Part shown: positions 19,643-29,662 of the stretch, one piece after another | Layout of the letters: every line of letters begins with the position of its first letter | How positions within the stretch are numbered: the stretch's first letter is position 1 | Assembly: GCA_017857595.1 (NCBI GenBank) | Contig: JAFMCU010000001.1 | Coordinates: 74,497 to 138,496 of the forward strand | DNA: 64,000 nt | Direction of reading: 5' to 3' | Origin: Thermoprotei archaeon | GTDB lineage: Archaea; Thermoproteota; Thermoprotei; Gearchaeales; Gearchaeaceae | Translations under genes and position numbers: made by a program | Notes under the pieces: model-generated | What the model saw: only the letters and a program-made list of their open reading frames with translations | What the model was told of the DNA's origin: nothing | The model's database searches: none

Positions 19643-21601
19643 TTATCTTAGCTTAATTTTATCTCTTATCCAAGTCCTTACATCATAAAAATATTCATTT
19701 TTGTAAGGACATGCTGATACGCAGTTGCCAACACCTATACATTTATGGGATTTAAATTCACCACTTGCAATAAAGCTTGCTGGCAAGTCTGTTAATCCTA
19801 CAGGGCAAGCTTTAGCACAATCTTTTGTAGGACATTTTAAGCATATCTCTGGATCTTTAACCTTCAACTTCCAGAAGCCTAATTTACTTAAATATTGAGC
19901 AAATAAGCCATAATGACATGAACCTGTAGTTACGCATGAATATGTTCCAACAAAAGGTATTAGCAAGAATAAGAATTGCCAGAGAAAGTGAAAATAAAAT
20001 TCGGTTGCAAAATTCACAATATCTTCTCCATATAAACTTACATTAATGTAGCCTATTGAGTTTAAATATGAAATTATTGATGCGGTAATTATTGAGATCC
20101 AAGTTATATTTGCTATAACTTTATATACATTGTTTATCCTACTCATTAAAAACTTTCTTCCAATTTTTGATGTACGATTAAATTGCTTTAAATTATCGAA
20201 GAAAACACCTTGATACATTAATGCAATGTGACATGTTACAGAACATAACCATCTTGCACCGAATAGCAACGATAATATACCAGCTAATAAATAAGTTAAG
20301 GCCAATGCAATTAAAAAGCTAGGCGCTACAGGACCAGCTGTACCTACTCCATGAAGATAACCTATAAAAGGTACATATGGTAATGTATCTTCATTAAAAA
20401 AGAAATTAGAAAAGTAAACCCAAAATACAAAATAAGCTAATACTATCAATGCAAGTCTGATTTTTGTCTCTAGTTCTCTTACATGTTTAATTCTTAAAAT
20501 AACCAAAGCTCCCATTTGAATGCCCATCATAAAGAAATACCAAGCTGAATCGATTATAGCTATGAAAAATCTAATAAAATTGTATAATGAATTTACAACT
20601 ATTATATGAAATTGTCCTGAAATTGGTGCAAAATTTATACTATTTAAAAAATCTTGTCCATATATAACTAAATCCATCAATCCGCCCATGAAAAATCCAG
20701 AAATATATGTTAGCAAAATAATATAAAAAACCCAGTTTGGTTTAACAATCCATGAGAATTTTTTGGCTACATTAATTTCATTTCTTTTCAATAGATAGTA
20801 GAAGTAAAGGGACATTTCAGCAATGATTGTTATCGCAACAATCAATCCATTTCCATTAATCACCCAACCAAATAATCCTCCCATCATTATCGCATAAATC
20901 GAAAGAAGAATAAGGAGATACGATGATATTTTTTCGTTTATTTCTCTATTCTTAAAGATGTAATTGAAGATAATTACAAAAAGAATAGACATAACTATTG
21001 AACCTAAAATAGAACTGAAGTAGACCCAATTTGAACCATTAACAGCTGTAGGTGTCAAAAACATTATAACTGATTGAAATGCAATCAAAATTATGAAAAA
21101 CTTATCCGTATTCTTTCTTAAAAGATAAATAGTAAAAAGCATTTCTCCACCCATGACAAATATAAACCAGTAAGAATTAATCACATTCGAAAACAATGTG
21201 ATGGGAGAGCTTAGCATTAGCTCTAAATTTGCTGAAATGGGTTGTGTAATTAAATTGAATGTCCATCCCATGAAAAACTCATTGATAAGAACAAGAAAGA
21301 TAAGAAGAGGATAGTTTTTTTGATTAACTTTTTTGTTTGGCTCTTCTCCTATTAAGCTAGAAATTATAGGTATAGCAGCTATCCACATAATCAATTGATT
21401 AAAACCAACAGCAATCCATAAAGTTTGGAAGCTTGGAGATAAGAAATATATTACTGCACCAACAAACATTGAAGCCATCATGGCTAAAATAAATATTATG
21501 ATCGAATAATGTAATGCTCTTTGAACTTCATCGAACCACTTTATGCTATAAGCAAGTATGATAGCCATGAATATTGCAATAGCTATGAGTTCAAAATTCA
21601 T
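19643..21601 (-). CDS. Polytopic membrane protein with a C-terminal NapH/NosH-like module and a ferredoxin-type Cys-rich domain
   Basis: 652 aa. About 430 aa of TM helices with no motif I recognise are followed by GARWLCSVTCH and GTYSCVTTGSCH (NapH-like membrane CxnC motifs with His in place of Pro), then CLKCPTKDCAKACP and CIGVGNCVSACP. Confidence 0.5.
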   Translation of the reverse strand: MNFELIAIAIFMAIILAYSIKWFDEVQRALHYSIIIFILAMMASMFVGAVIYFLSPSFQTLWIAVGFNQLIMWIAAIPIISSLIGEEPNKKVNQKNYPLLIFLVLINEFFMGWTFNLITQPISANLELMLSSPITLFSNVINSYWFIFVMGGEMLFTIYLLRKNTDKFFIILIAFQSVIMFLTPTAVNGSNWVYFSSILGSIVMSILFVIIFNYIFKNREINEKISSYLLILLSIYAIMMGGLFGWVINGNGLIVAITIIAEMSLYFYYLLKRNEINVAKKFSWIVKPNWVFYIILLTYISGFFMGGLMDLVIYGQDFLNSINFAPISGQFHIIVVNSLYNFIRFFIAIIDSAWYFFMMGIQMGALVILRIKHVRELETKIRLALIVLAYFVFWVYFSNFFFNEDTLPYVPFIGYLHGVGTAGPVAPSFLIALALTYLLAGILSLLFGARWLCSVTCHIALMYQGVFFDNLKQFNRTSKIGRKFLMSRINNVYKVIANITWISIITASIISYLNSIGYINVSLYGEDIVNFATEFYFHFLWQFLFLLIPFVGTYSCVTTGSCHYGLFAQYLSKLGFWKLKVKDPEICLKCPTKDCAKACPVGLTDLPASFIASGEFKSHKCIGVGNCVSACPYKNEYFYDVRTWIRDKIKLR

Positions 21602-21654
21602 TCTACATAGTATCAGAATGTGAACAATTAATAAATTGTTATCTCTAGAAATGT

Positions 21655-22302
21655 ATGCTAAATATATTCAATGTATATTTTTTTATATTTAATATTTTAA
21701 ATTTTATCGACGTCATATACATAATGATAATTCAGTTAAAAAAGAGTGCTTACATAAAATTTTCCGAATTAATCTTTGTTCTTATTTTAATAATTGGTTT
21801 CATAAATCCATATGTTGAAAATATAATGTATTATGACCCATTGTGGTACATGCTTGAACATTATTCGTTGTATACAGCTGGTATATTGTTAGGGAATAGA
21901 TTTCTAAAAGGCAATAATTTACTGTTCATAATAGGAATTTTACCTGCTGTTATATGGCACTTCCCTTTACCTTTTCTTTTGGGTGCTTCATTTTTCAATT
22001 TCAGAGTTTTATCAGAATTAACCTTGTTTATTGGAGGAGTGTTTCTAGGTAGCTCGTTAGACAGTATAAGTTTTAGAATAAAAATTATCGCGTTATCCTT
22101 GTGGATGATAGGTGATACAATTCTTTCAATTCTTTTCATTTTTGGAATAAAATATTACACTAATGAAGTTTTTCCGTTTTCAAATTATTCTCCCTACCAA
22201 TTGCCTATAGTAGGTATAGCTATGTTAATTTTGATGAATGTGGTTATTGCATATATTATTTATGTTGTTGTAAAAAGTTACTTGATAAAAAGTTTAGGAT
22301 AA
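21655..22302 (+). CDS. Hypothetical integral membrane protein (weak CtaG-like resemblance)
   Basis: 215 aa, 6-7 TM. WYMLEHYSLYTAGILLG and VIWHFPLPFLLG faintly recall cytochrome-oxidase assembly factor CtaG-type His motifs. The start codon is uncertain. Confidence 0.4.
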   Translation: MLNIFNVYFFIFNILNFIDVIYIMIIQLKKSAYIKFSELIFVLILIIGFINPYVENIMYYDPLWYMLEHYSLYTAGILLGNRFLKGNNLLFIIGILPAVIWHFPLPFLLGASFFNFRVLSELTLFIGGVFLGSSLDSISFRIKIIALSLWMIGDTILSILFIFGIKYYTNEVFPFSNYSPYQLPIVGIAMLILMNVVIAYIIYVVVKSYLIKSLG

Positions 22303-23045
22303 TTAATCTTGTTCAATGTATTTAGATTTATTCTTAAAGCAATAGCTGTAACCGGTGGCAGCAATACATATAAAGCTAATAATGTCCAATATCCTAAAGG
22401 GCTTGATAATAAAACTAAACCAATTGCTGGTATAAAAAATGCGATTAAATAGGGAATTGATATGCAGCATGCTGCTCCACTTATTACTCCAAACAAAGGT
22501 ATAATTGCTAAATATTTGAAACTTTTACCTAGACCAAAAATCTCTAATGCTTTAGTCAAATTAGAAGAAACCAATACTGCTATGATAAGGCCAAACGCAA
22601 TGCTATACAATGATAGTACTACAGTAAAGTAGGGAGGTATTATAACTGTAATTAATGGATTATAAATTAAACTTAAGAATGCTGTAATAACATTGGGATA
22701 TGTGAAGGGGCTAAATGTTATTGTTGCTTGAAATGTTGTAAAACCAAAATTCGTTGGAAATAAGAAAATCAGTAAATCTTCAAGAGCTATGCTATACACG
22801 AAATAATGAATAGATATATACACAATGAAAATTAAAATTGCAATCTTTCTCTTTTTGCTTTTAAATATGATTTTAATTGCATCTCTTAGAGAGAATTGGA
22901 AGATAGCTATGGTAAATACTATCCAGAATATAACGACTAAGTAAAAGGTAACTAAAAAGTATCTAATTTCTGATAATATTGAGAGTAATGAATATGAAAC
23001 TATTAATATTATTAAATATGGCAATAATAAGTAATTTTTATTCAC
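22278..23045 (-). CDS. Hypothetical integral membrane protein
   Basis: 255 aa, about 8 TM, with an intramembrane vicinal Cys pair (GVISGAACCISIPY). No family recognised. Confidence 0.4.
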   Translation of the reverse strand: MNKNYLLLPYLIILIVSYSLLSILSEIRYFLVTFYLVVIFWIVFTIAIFQFSLRDAIKIIFKSKKRKIAILIFIVYISIHYFVYSIALEDLLIFLFPTNFGFTTFQATITFSPFTYPNVITAFLSLIYNPLITVIIPPYFTVVLSLYSIAFGLIIAVLVSSNLTKALEIFGLGKSFKYLAIIPLFGVISGAACCISIPYLIAFFIPAIGLVLLSSPLGYWTLLALYVLLPPVTAIALRINLNTLNKINYPKLFIK

Positions 23046-23083
23046 GATTTGAAAAGAATTGACTATTAATATAAATTTATTGC

Positions 23084-23962
23084 ATGAAAATTCATTTAAT
23101 AAAGTATATAATTATGGATGTAAAGATAATTCATACTAAAGAACCTGAAATATTGAAGCAGGGAGTATCCGTTATATCAAAAGCATGGGGAAGCGATGAT
23201 TTTGCTACATTTTTAAAAGATTTGCTAGTTGCAATATCCCATAATGGAGGTCTTACTTTAGTAGCTTATCATGGAAATAGCGTCATTGGCTTTTCATTTG
23301 CATTCAGAGCTTATCATAATGGTAAATACTACTTGTATTCACATCAAACAGGCGTAATTCCAGAGTATAGGAATACGAGTGTTGGTTATAAATTGAAATT
23401 AAAGCAAAGAGAATGGGCAATTGATAATGGTATAGACTTGATAGCTTGGACTTTTGATCCACTTCAAGGTTTGAATTCAAAATTTAATCTTCATAAACTT
23501 GGTGTGATAGTAAGAGTTTATCATAGAAATCACTATGGTATCATGACAGATTCTTTGAATAAAGGTATAGCATCAGATAGAGTAATTGCAGAATGGTATA
23601 TAAAATCTTCACATGTTTTAAAAAGGTTAAACAATGTTTTTGAATCTTATGATAATTTAATCAATGTTGTAAAAACAAGAGAAAAAAATGAATATAGAAT
23701 TGTTGAAGACATTGATTTGAATTCTAATGAAGACAGTTTGTTAATTGAAATACCTTATGATATTAATTTGATAAAAAAGAAAGACATTGAAGAAGCAAAA
23801 AGATGGAGAGAACTCACAGTTGAAGTCTATTTGAATTACTTTAAGAAAGGTTATATAATAATTGATTTAATCACAAAGGATAAAAGGAATTTTCAGGTAG
23901 CAACAAAAAATATTCCTCCTGAGATAGATAAGAATAGTATATTTTATGATTTATTGGGATAG
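23084..23962 (+). CDS. GNAT-superfamily protein of the uncharacterised WTFDPL type
   Basis: YSHQTGVIPEYRNTSVGYKLKLKQREWAIDNGIDLIAWTFDPLQGLNSKFNLHKLGVIVRVYHRNHYG...SDRVIAEWYI matches a conserved uncharacterised GNAT-like family as I recall it. The start may be the internal Met at 23114. Confidence 0.5.
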   Translation: MKIHLIKYIIMDVKIIHTKEPEILKQGVSVISKAWGSDDFATFLKDLLVAISHNGGLTLVAYHGNSVIGFSFAFRAYHNGKYYLYSHQTGVIPEYRNTSVGYKLKLKQREWAIDNGIDLIAWTFDPLQGLNSKFNLHKLGVIVRVYHRNHYGIMTDSLNKGIASDRVIAEWYIKSSHVLKRLNNVFESYDNLINVVKTREKNEYRIVEDIDLNSNEDSLLIEIPYDINLIKKKDIEEAKRWRELTVEVYLNYFKKGYIIIDLITKDKRNFQVATKNIPPEIDKNSIFYDLLG

Positions 23963-25398
23963 ATGTTTTTAAAATCATCGAAAAGCTGCTTTTCGAAATG
24001 CTTTTCAATCATCTCGCTTTCATAAATGTATTTTATTTGGAACATTTGTGCTATTTCCTTATAGAACGAAGCAAAATCTTCATTTTTTAAATCTTTAATA
24101 TTATATTTTCCTACCGCAGAAACAAGCATTTTAGTCTCAATCTCAACAGTTTCTATATAGTTGCTAATAAATTGAATTGATTTTTCATTGGGAATTCTTA
24201 ATATTTTTTGGATTGCACGAATAATAGGATTGCTATATAAATTAGAGGAAATTACTTTTTCAGATAAAGGATAAGCATAACTTGAAATCAAAAATGCTCT
24301 TCCTGCAGCTATTCCCGAAGCTCCTAATCCAACAGCCTTTACTAAATGTGAACCATTATATAGTCTGCCAGATAATACAAGTGATGTAGTAACTCCTCTT
24401 TTTCTTGCATCGTAAATTTTCTTCAAACATGCAAGAGCAGGTAAACCAAGGTCTTGTAATGCAATAGTAGGACTCATACCAGTACCTCCTTCTTTACCAT
24501 CTATAACAACGCAATCAGCACCTGCCTTACTTGCTATATCAATTACGCAGTCTAAATCCCTATAAGGGCCTGTCTTTAACCAGACTTTTACTCTAGGATA
24601 ATCATTTTTTATCTTCCTTATTCTATTATACAAAATTTCTTCAGTAAATATATCTGGAGAAGAATGCCTTTCATAATATTCTGCGTCTACCGAATCAGGA
24701 TCAGGATAGATTATGTACTTATCTTTTAACCTTTTTGCTGTCATTCTATCTACTATTTTCTCTCCACCCAATCCAGCTTTTGCTCCCTGTCCAGCCTTTA
24801 TTTCGAATGCAATTTTGCCTTCTTGAATGTATTGATCTAATCTTTTATCGCTGTATATTTTATTCCATAATTCATCAAAAGCATCTTCTTCGTTTTGTTG
24901 TATAACAACACCGCCTAAATCTTCTTTACAATTATCTAAATAGGACAAAATTCTTTCTATGAAACATGGTTGATTATCATTTATTCTTTTATCATAGCCC
25001 CAAGTTGAAGCGACGTTTTCTCCAATTCCATATATAACTCCTTTCTTTGCACATGCTTTTGCAGAATAAACAGATACAATATTCCAATCATCCTGGCTTC
25101 CCATTGAAGATTGAATAAAGGGAATTGAAGTTTTAAACCCTCCAATTTCAGATTTTGTCTCTACGTCATGATATATTGGTTCTCTATTAACCAATTCTAT
25201 AGCTTTTTTCAGTCTTAAAGGAGTAAATTGTGGCGGTGTTATGATTATATCATCTAATGTAAAGAATCTTTTATTCTCTTGATATATCGTAGCCCCAAAT
25301 ATGGAAAATTTAAATTTCTCGTTTTTAAAAGGATAAATTGACTTCCTACCCAATCTTGCCCTTTGAATAATTTCTTTTATTGGATAGTCTACATTCAT
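23944..25398 (-). CDS. FMN-binding glutamate-synthase-family protein (GltB central-domain homologue)
   Basis: FEIKAGQGAKAGLGGEK and VVIDGKEGGTGMSP correspond to the KisQGAKPG.GG and dG.dGGTGA motifs of the glutamate synthase FMN domain. Confidence 0.8.
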   Translation of the reverse strand: MNVDYPIKEIIQRARLGRKSIYPFKNEKFKFSIFGATIYQENKRFFTLDDIIITPPQFTPLRLKKAIELVNREPIYHDVETKSEIGGFKTSIPFIQSSMGSQDDWNIVSVYSAKACAKKGVIYGIGENVASTWGYDKRINDNQPCFIERILSYLDNCKEDLGGVVIQQNEEDAFDELWNKIYSDKRLDQYIQEGKIAFEIKAGQGAKAGLGGEKIVDRMTAKRLKDKYIIYPDPDSVDAEYYERHSSPDIFTEEILYNRIRKIKNDYPRVKVWLKTGPYRDLDCVIDIASKAGADCVVIDGKEGGTGMSPTIALQDLGLPALACLKKIYDARKRGVTTSLVLSGRLYNGSHLVKAVGLGASGIAAGRAFLISSYAYPLSEKVISSNLYSNPIIRAIQKILRIPNEKSIQFISNYIETVEIETKMLVSAVGKYNIKDLKNEDFASFYKEIAQMFQIKYIYESEMIEKHFEKQLFDDFKNIYPNKS

Positions 25399-25400
25399 TG

Positions 25401-26513
25401 TTAAAGATTGTAAATTCCGGGTATTTTTGGATAAGGTAGAGTTAAATATATACTAGGTAAAGCACAAATATATCGAACTAATCTTTCAAGACCTATACCA
25501 AATCCTGCTGTAGGAATACCATGATTTTTCAAGAATTCTAAATACCATTTATATTTTTCTAATCTTTCTCCTGTTTCCTTCATTCTTTGTATAACTTTGT
25601 TTATTTCATATTCACGCGCTGCTCCCGATGCAGCCTCGCCATATCCTTCTGGATAAATAAGGTCAAAATCCATCAATATTCCTGGCTTATCCGGATATTC
25701 TCTATCGTAAAATCCTCTTGCACCTCTTGGATAATCATAAATAAAGAAAGGTTCTTCATTAATACTAGATATTAACCATTCATATTCCCAATGTATTTCC
25801 GTGGTATAACTAATTTTTTTAGGTTCAATTTTGAACAATCTTTTGATTTGTTCAAAGTAGTTTGGATTTTCTTGAATTGTGTTCTTTAAGATGTCAACTG
25901 CTTCTTTATGTGTATATCTTTTTAAAGGTAATTTAGGTAGCTTTAACTCTGTCCTTTGTTTAAGTCCTCTCGATTCCCAATAAGGTTGAAAAAATTCCCA
26001 GATCATTTTTAGTTCCTTTTCATTTTCCTTAACTCTAGATATTACATAAAATAGTAATTCTTCTGCAATTTTCATAGCGTCAAAATGATCAGCGTCAGCA
26101 ATTTCTAAATCGACCTGAATAAATTCGACTAAATGTCTATCCATCGATGCTGTTTCTAAAGGTTCTAATCTAAGGTTATCTGCAAAGAAATATATTTTAC
26201 CTTCCTTTCCGCTCTTCTTTCTAGCAGCTGCTAAAAATTGCTTGTATAATATAGCACTACTCATTATTTTGTATTCTTTTCCATAGTAATCTACAGTAAT
26301 TTGCTTTGCACCTCTTATACCAGGGTCTGTAACTGGTCCTAATAAAATAGATTTGAACTCTAGAAAACCGTTCTTATTCAAAAATTCTCTAATGTATTGG
26401 CTTACTTTATCATAGATTTCGTAAATTCTTTGAAATATAGGATTACTAACTATTTCAAAAGGATCTTTACTAAATAATTCATGTGAAATGAATAATTCTT
26501 TTTGAGATTGCAT
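25401..26513 (-). CDS. Class II aaRS-like catalytic core (Asp/Asn family) without an anticodon-binding domain; possibly an archaeal AsnA-type asparagine synthetase
   Basis: Motif 2-like FFADNLRLEP...DRHLVEFIQVDLE. FIYDYPRGARGFY, GEAASGAAREY and motif 3 GFGIGLERLVRYI are present. There is no N-terminal OB fold (370 aa total). Confidence 0.65.
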   Translation of the reverse strand: MQSQKELFISHELFSKDPFEIVSNPIFQRIYEIYDKVSQYIREFLNKNGFLEFKSILLGPVTDPGIRGAKQITVDYYGKEYKIMSSAILYKQFLAAARKKSGKEGKIYFFADNLRLEPLETASMDRHLVEFIQVDLEIADADHFDAMKIAEELLFYVISRVKENEKELKMIWEFFQPYWESRGLKQRTELKLPKLPLKRYTHKEAVDILKNTIQENPNYFEQIKRLFKIEPKKISYTTEIHWEYEWLISSINEEPFFIYDYPRGARGFYDREYPDKPGILMDFDLIYPEGYGEAASGAAREYEINKVIQRMKETGERLEKYKWYLEFLKNHGIPTAGFGIGLERLVRYICALPSIYLTLPYPKIPGIYNL

Positions 26514-26719
26514 ATAGCGTTATTTAATTAGTCTATTATTTGAATCTTTTACCAAATTTTTTAAATATTTTACAACATCATACTTAGAAATACCCAATAC
26601 TTCATAATAAATTTGTTTATTTATCCAATAACCAAGTAATTTTTACAAAATGTTTTAAGAAAGAATGTATTTATTGACTCTGAATAGAAATAAAAATTAA
26701 ATTTGAGTTAGTTATTTAT

Positions 26720-27238
26720 ATGAAAATCTTTGATTCTGTTGCAACTAAGTTAGATATACGAGAATTTTCAGATAAAGAAGTTCCAAAAGATATTAAGTTA
26801 AGAGTACTTGAAGCAGCTAGATTATCCAGTAGTGGAATAAATAGTCAACATTGGAGATTTATATTGGTTCAAAGCAAAGAAGGATTAAAAAAGCTAGCAG
26901 AGGATAGCACAACAGGAAAGTGGGTAGCAAATTCTAATTTTGCTGTGATGGTTTTAACCAATCCAAAATACAATTTCCATTTAATAGATGCAGGAAGAGT
27001 TGCTCAGAATATGCAACTTGTAGCTTGGGAAGAGGGTGTAGCTTCTTGTGTTTTTACTGGTATAAAAGAAGAATTATTAAGAAAAGACTTTAATATACCA
27101 AATGATCTATACCCTGCAATAGTAGTAGGATTTGGTTATCCTAAGAGAAAGATAAAGGGTAGAAAAAATAGAAAGCCGATTGATGAATTGGTGTTTATTG
27201 AAAAGTATGGAAATAAGTTTGATAGAGATAAATTATGA
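26720..27238 (+). CDS. Nitroreductase-family protein
   Basis: RVLEAARLSSSGINSQHWRFILV and GRVAQNMQLVAWEEGV; 172 aa. Confidence 0.8.
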   Translation: MKIFDSVATKLDIREFSDKEVPKDIKLRVLEAARLSSSGINSQHWRFILVQSKEGLKKLAEDSTTGKWVANSNFAVMVLTNPKYNFHLIDAGRVAQNMQLVAWEEGVASCVFTGIKEELLRKDFNIPNDLYPAIVVGFGYPKRKIKGRKNRKPIDELVFIEKYGNKFDRDKL

Positions 27239-29662
27239 TTATTTAATGATTTCAAAATGACTGAACCCATCTCTGTCTTTCCAAACTTTTATAATTGAAT
27301 CGAACATCGGATTTTCTTGAATATCTTCTACGTGAGAAATGATGAATATTTTTTCATAATCATGTTTAAGTTCGAGTATTGTTTTCAATACGGCTTCTCT
27401 AAATTCTTTACTCAATGGACCGAAACCTTCATCTATAACTAACATTTTAGGAGCCACACCAACTCTATAAGTAGAGAGGATTTTTGCAATACCCAATCTA
27501 AAAGCTAGTCCGATGATAGTTTTTTCGCCTCCTGAATAAGTTGCAAGTTCTCGTGTGTATGAGTTTTGCGATATGTTTATTTCTATTTTTTCTTCTGTCA
27601 CTTTTATATCAACAGATATATCAGGTTTAACTTTTGGAAGAAAATAATAATTAATATATTCATTCAATCTATTCAGATAATCCTTAAGAAGCTTTAATGG
27701 AAATCCTCTATCATTGAATATATCGTCACAAATTATTTTAAGAGCTTTATACTCAATATCTTGTTTGCTTAATTCTTTCTTATTTATTTCAAGTTCATTT
27801 TTGGCATCTTCAATTTCTTTTAATTTCTCTCTCAAATTATCTATAGAATTCTTTATAATTCCAAGATTCTGGTTTGTGTCTTTATATTCCTTATCTAATA
27901 TTTCCTTTATCGCCTTTAATTCGTCTTCGTACTGTTTAATTTCATCAATTTTTCTTTTTATTTCATCCTTATCTTGAATTTCAGACTTTATTTTTTGAAT
28001 TTCATCGTTTAGATTTTTAATCTGCATTTCAAGATTAGGCAGTTGATTTTTTAAAGCATCAATGGAGCCTAGTTCTTTGTTAAGCGCTCCAATTTCTTCT
28101 TCAATTTCTTTTTTAATTTTTCCTAAATCTTCGTTCTTGTATAATGAAAGAGATAGATTTTCTAATAACTTTTTATTTTCATTTTGCAAACCGTTTAGCT
28201 TGATTATTTCAGTTTCTAATTCTTTCCTAAGATTTTCTTCTTCAGATATTTCTTTCTTTAAAAGATTTATAACAGTCTCATTTGCTTCTTTTTCTATACC
28301 CTTTATTATTTCATCATATCTTTCTTTTTTTTCTTTTAACCACGCAAGTCTTCTATTTAATTCAGACAATTCATTTTCTATTTTAGATATTCTATTTCTA
28401 TGATCTGAAATTAACCCATCTCGATGTTCCTTATCAAGTTCCCTTTTACAAACAGGACAAACATTGCTTTTTTGATTCTCAATCAAATCTAATACTCTTA
28501 AATAATTAGCCTTTTCAGCCTCAAGCGTATTTATTTTAGTTTTCAAAGATTCAATTTCTTGTTCTAGATCAAATTGCTTGCTATAAAAACCAGCGATCTC
28601 CTTTTGTTTATTCTCAATATTTGCTAACCTAGATTTATATTGTTCTATATCATTCAACCTGTTTTTGATTTTTGATATAATTTTATTTAAAGTTTCGATT
28701 TCTTTTTTATTATTATTTATATTGTTTATTATCTTTTCGATATCATCTAATTTGCTTTTGTCAATCTTTAATTTATTTAATTTTTGTTTTATATCATTTT
28801 CTTTAATAAGCTTTTCTTCTATTATATTTTTGTTATTTAATAATTCATTTAAGTATGAATATTTTTTATTCATTTCATTTTCTTTTTGTATTAAGTAAGA
28901 AAGTTTTGATTGCAATTCAGATTTGTTTTTTGATATGTTATTAATTTCTTTTTCGATTTCTTCTCTTTCTTCTTCTATTCTCTTTATTTTTTGTGTTAAC
29001 TCATTTAATTTAATAATGTTATTGTTCAATTCCAACTTTAATTGATTCTCATTTGAAACTATCTTATTTAATTCGTCTATCTTTTCAGTTAGTTTCCTAA
29101 TTTCATTTTCTTTTTTATTTCGTAACTCCTTTGATATTTCTAGAAAGTTTTTGAAATCTAAGTTAAAAGCCTTGAGTAAAATTTCTCTTCTCTTCTTTGC
29201 ATCAGCCTCTAAAAAATGAACAACATCACCTTGTCTTATCATTATAGAATTAAGAAATGTTTCGTAATCAAATTTCAATAGCTCTTTAATGAATTTATCA
29301 ATTTCAGATACGTTTACTGCTTTTTTTATAAATTCACCATTTTTTTCCTCATAAAGAATAGCCTGTGCAGACTTATCTTTATAAGCTATTCTCGTTATTT
29401 TATATTTTTTATTTCCTAATGTTAATTCAATTTCACATTTAGCTTCATTGAATTTAGGATTGATTACAAGCTTTGTAGTTCCTTGTCTATCTATTCCATA
29501 GGCATTACCAAAGAGGCAAAAAGTTATGGAATCAACGATCAAGGTGGTTTTACCACTTCCTGTAGAGCCGAATATATTTATCACTTGACCTATTTTATCC
29601 AAATCTAAAATTTCTTTTTTATAGCTTGCAAAATTCTCCAATAATATTTTATTAATTTTCAT
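27239..29662 (-). CDS. rad50: DNA double-strand break repair ATPase Rad50
   Basis: Walker A GSTGSGKTT, long K/E/N-rich coiled coil, zinc hook CPVC (NVCPVCKREL), signature YSGGEK, Walker B MLVIDEGF, D-loop/His ISHV. Confidence 0.9.
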   Translation of the reverse strand: MKINKILLENFASYKKEILDLDKIGQVINIFGSTGSGKTTLIVDSITFCLFGNAYGIDRQGTTKLVINPKFNEAKCEIELTLGNKKYKITRIAYKDKSAQAILYEEKNGEFIKKAVNVSEIDKFIKELLKFDYETFLNSIMIRQGDVVHFLEADAKKRREILLKAFNLDFKNFLEISKELRNKKENEIRKLTEKIDELNKIVSNENQLKLELNNNIIKLNELTQKIKRIEEEREEIEKEINNISKNKSELQSKLSYLIQKENEMNKKYSYLNELLNNKNIIEEKLIKENDIKQKLNKLKIDKSKLDDIEKIINNINNNKKEIETLNKIISKIKNRLNDIEQYKSRLANIENKQKEIAGFYSKQFDLEQEIESLKTKINTLEAEKANYLRVLDLIENQKSNVCPVCKRELDKEHRDGLISDHRNRISKIENELSELNRRLAWLKEKKERYDEIIKGIEKEANETVINLLKKEISEEENLRKELETEIIKLNGLQNENKKLLENLSLSLYKNEDLGKIKKEIEEEIGALNKELGSIDALKNQLPNLEMQIKNLNDEIQKIKSEIQDKDEIKRKIDEIKQYEDELKAIKEILDKEYKDTNQNLGIIKNSIDNLREKLKEIEDAKNELEINKKELSKQDIEYKALKIICDDIFNDRGFPLKLLKDYLNRLNEYINYYFLPKVKPDISVDIKVTEEKIEINISQNSYTRELATYSGGEKTIIGLAFRLGIAKILSTYRVGVAPKMLVIDEGFGPLSKEFREAVLKTILELKHDYEKIFIISHVEDIQENPMFDSIIKVWKDRDGFSHFEIIK

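Noticed and set aside
21622-21639. Inverted repeat AACAATT-aata-AATTGTT between the divergent 652-aa and 215-aa membrane protein genes.
   Set aside because: It has only 7-bp arms made mostly of A/T, in DNA of about 30% G+C. Repeats like this are expected by chance, so it is not reported as a regulatory site.
27714-28898. Three plus-strand ORFs (27714..27977, 28062..28403, 28665..28898) of 77-113 aa.
   Set aside because: They lie entirely antisense to the Rad50 coiled-coil region. Their S/F/L/I-rich low-complexity translations are the mirror image of the K/E/N-rich coding strand. No independent motif or start context supports them.
28400-29200. Apparent tandem-repeat-like DNA (recurrent aaagaaat/ttcttt-type strings).
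   Set aside because: This is the codon-level consequence of the heptad-like K/E/I/N/L-rich Rad50 coiled coil. I could not trace any fixed repeat unit or period.
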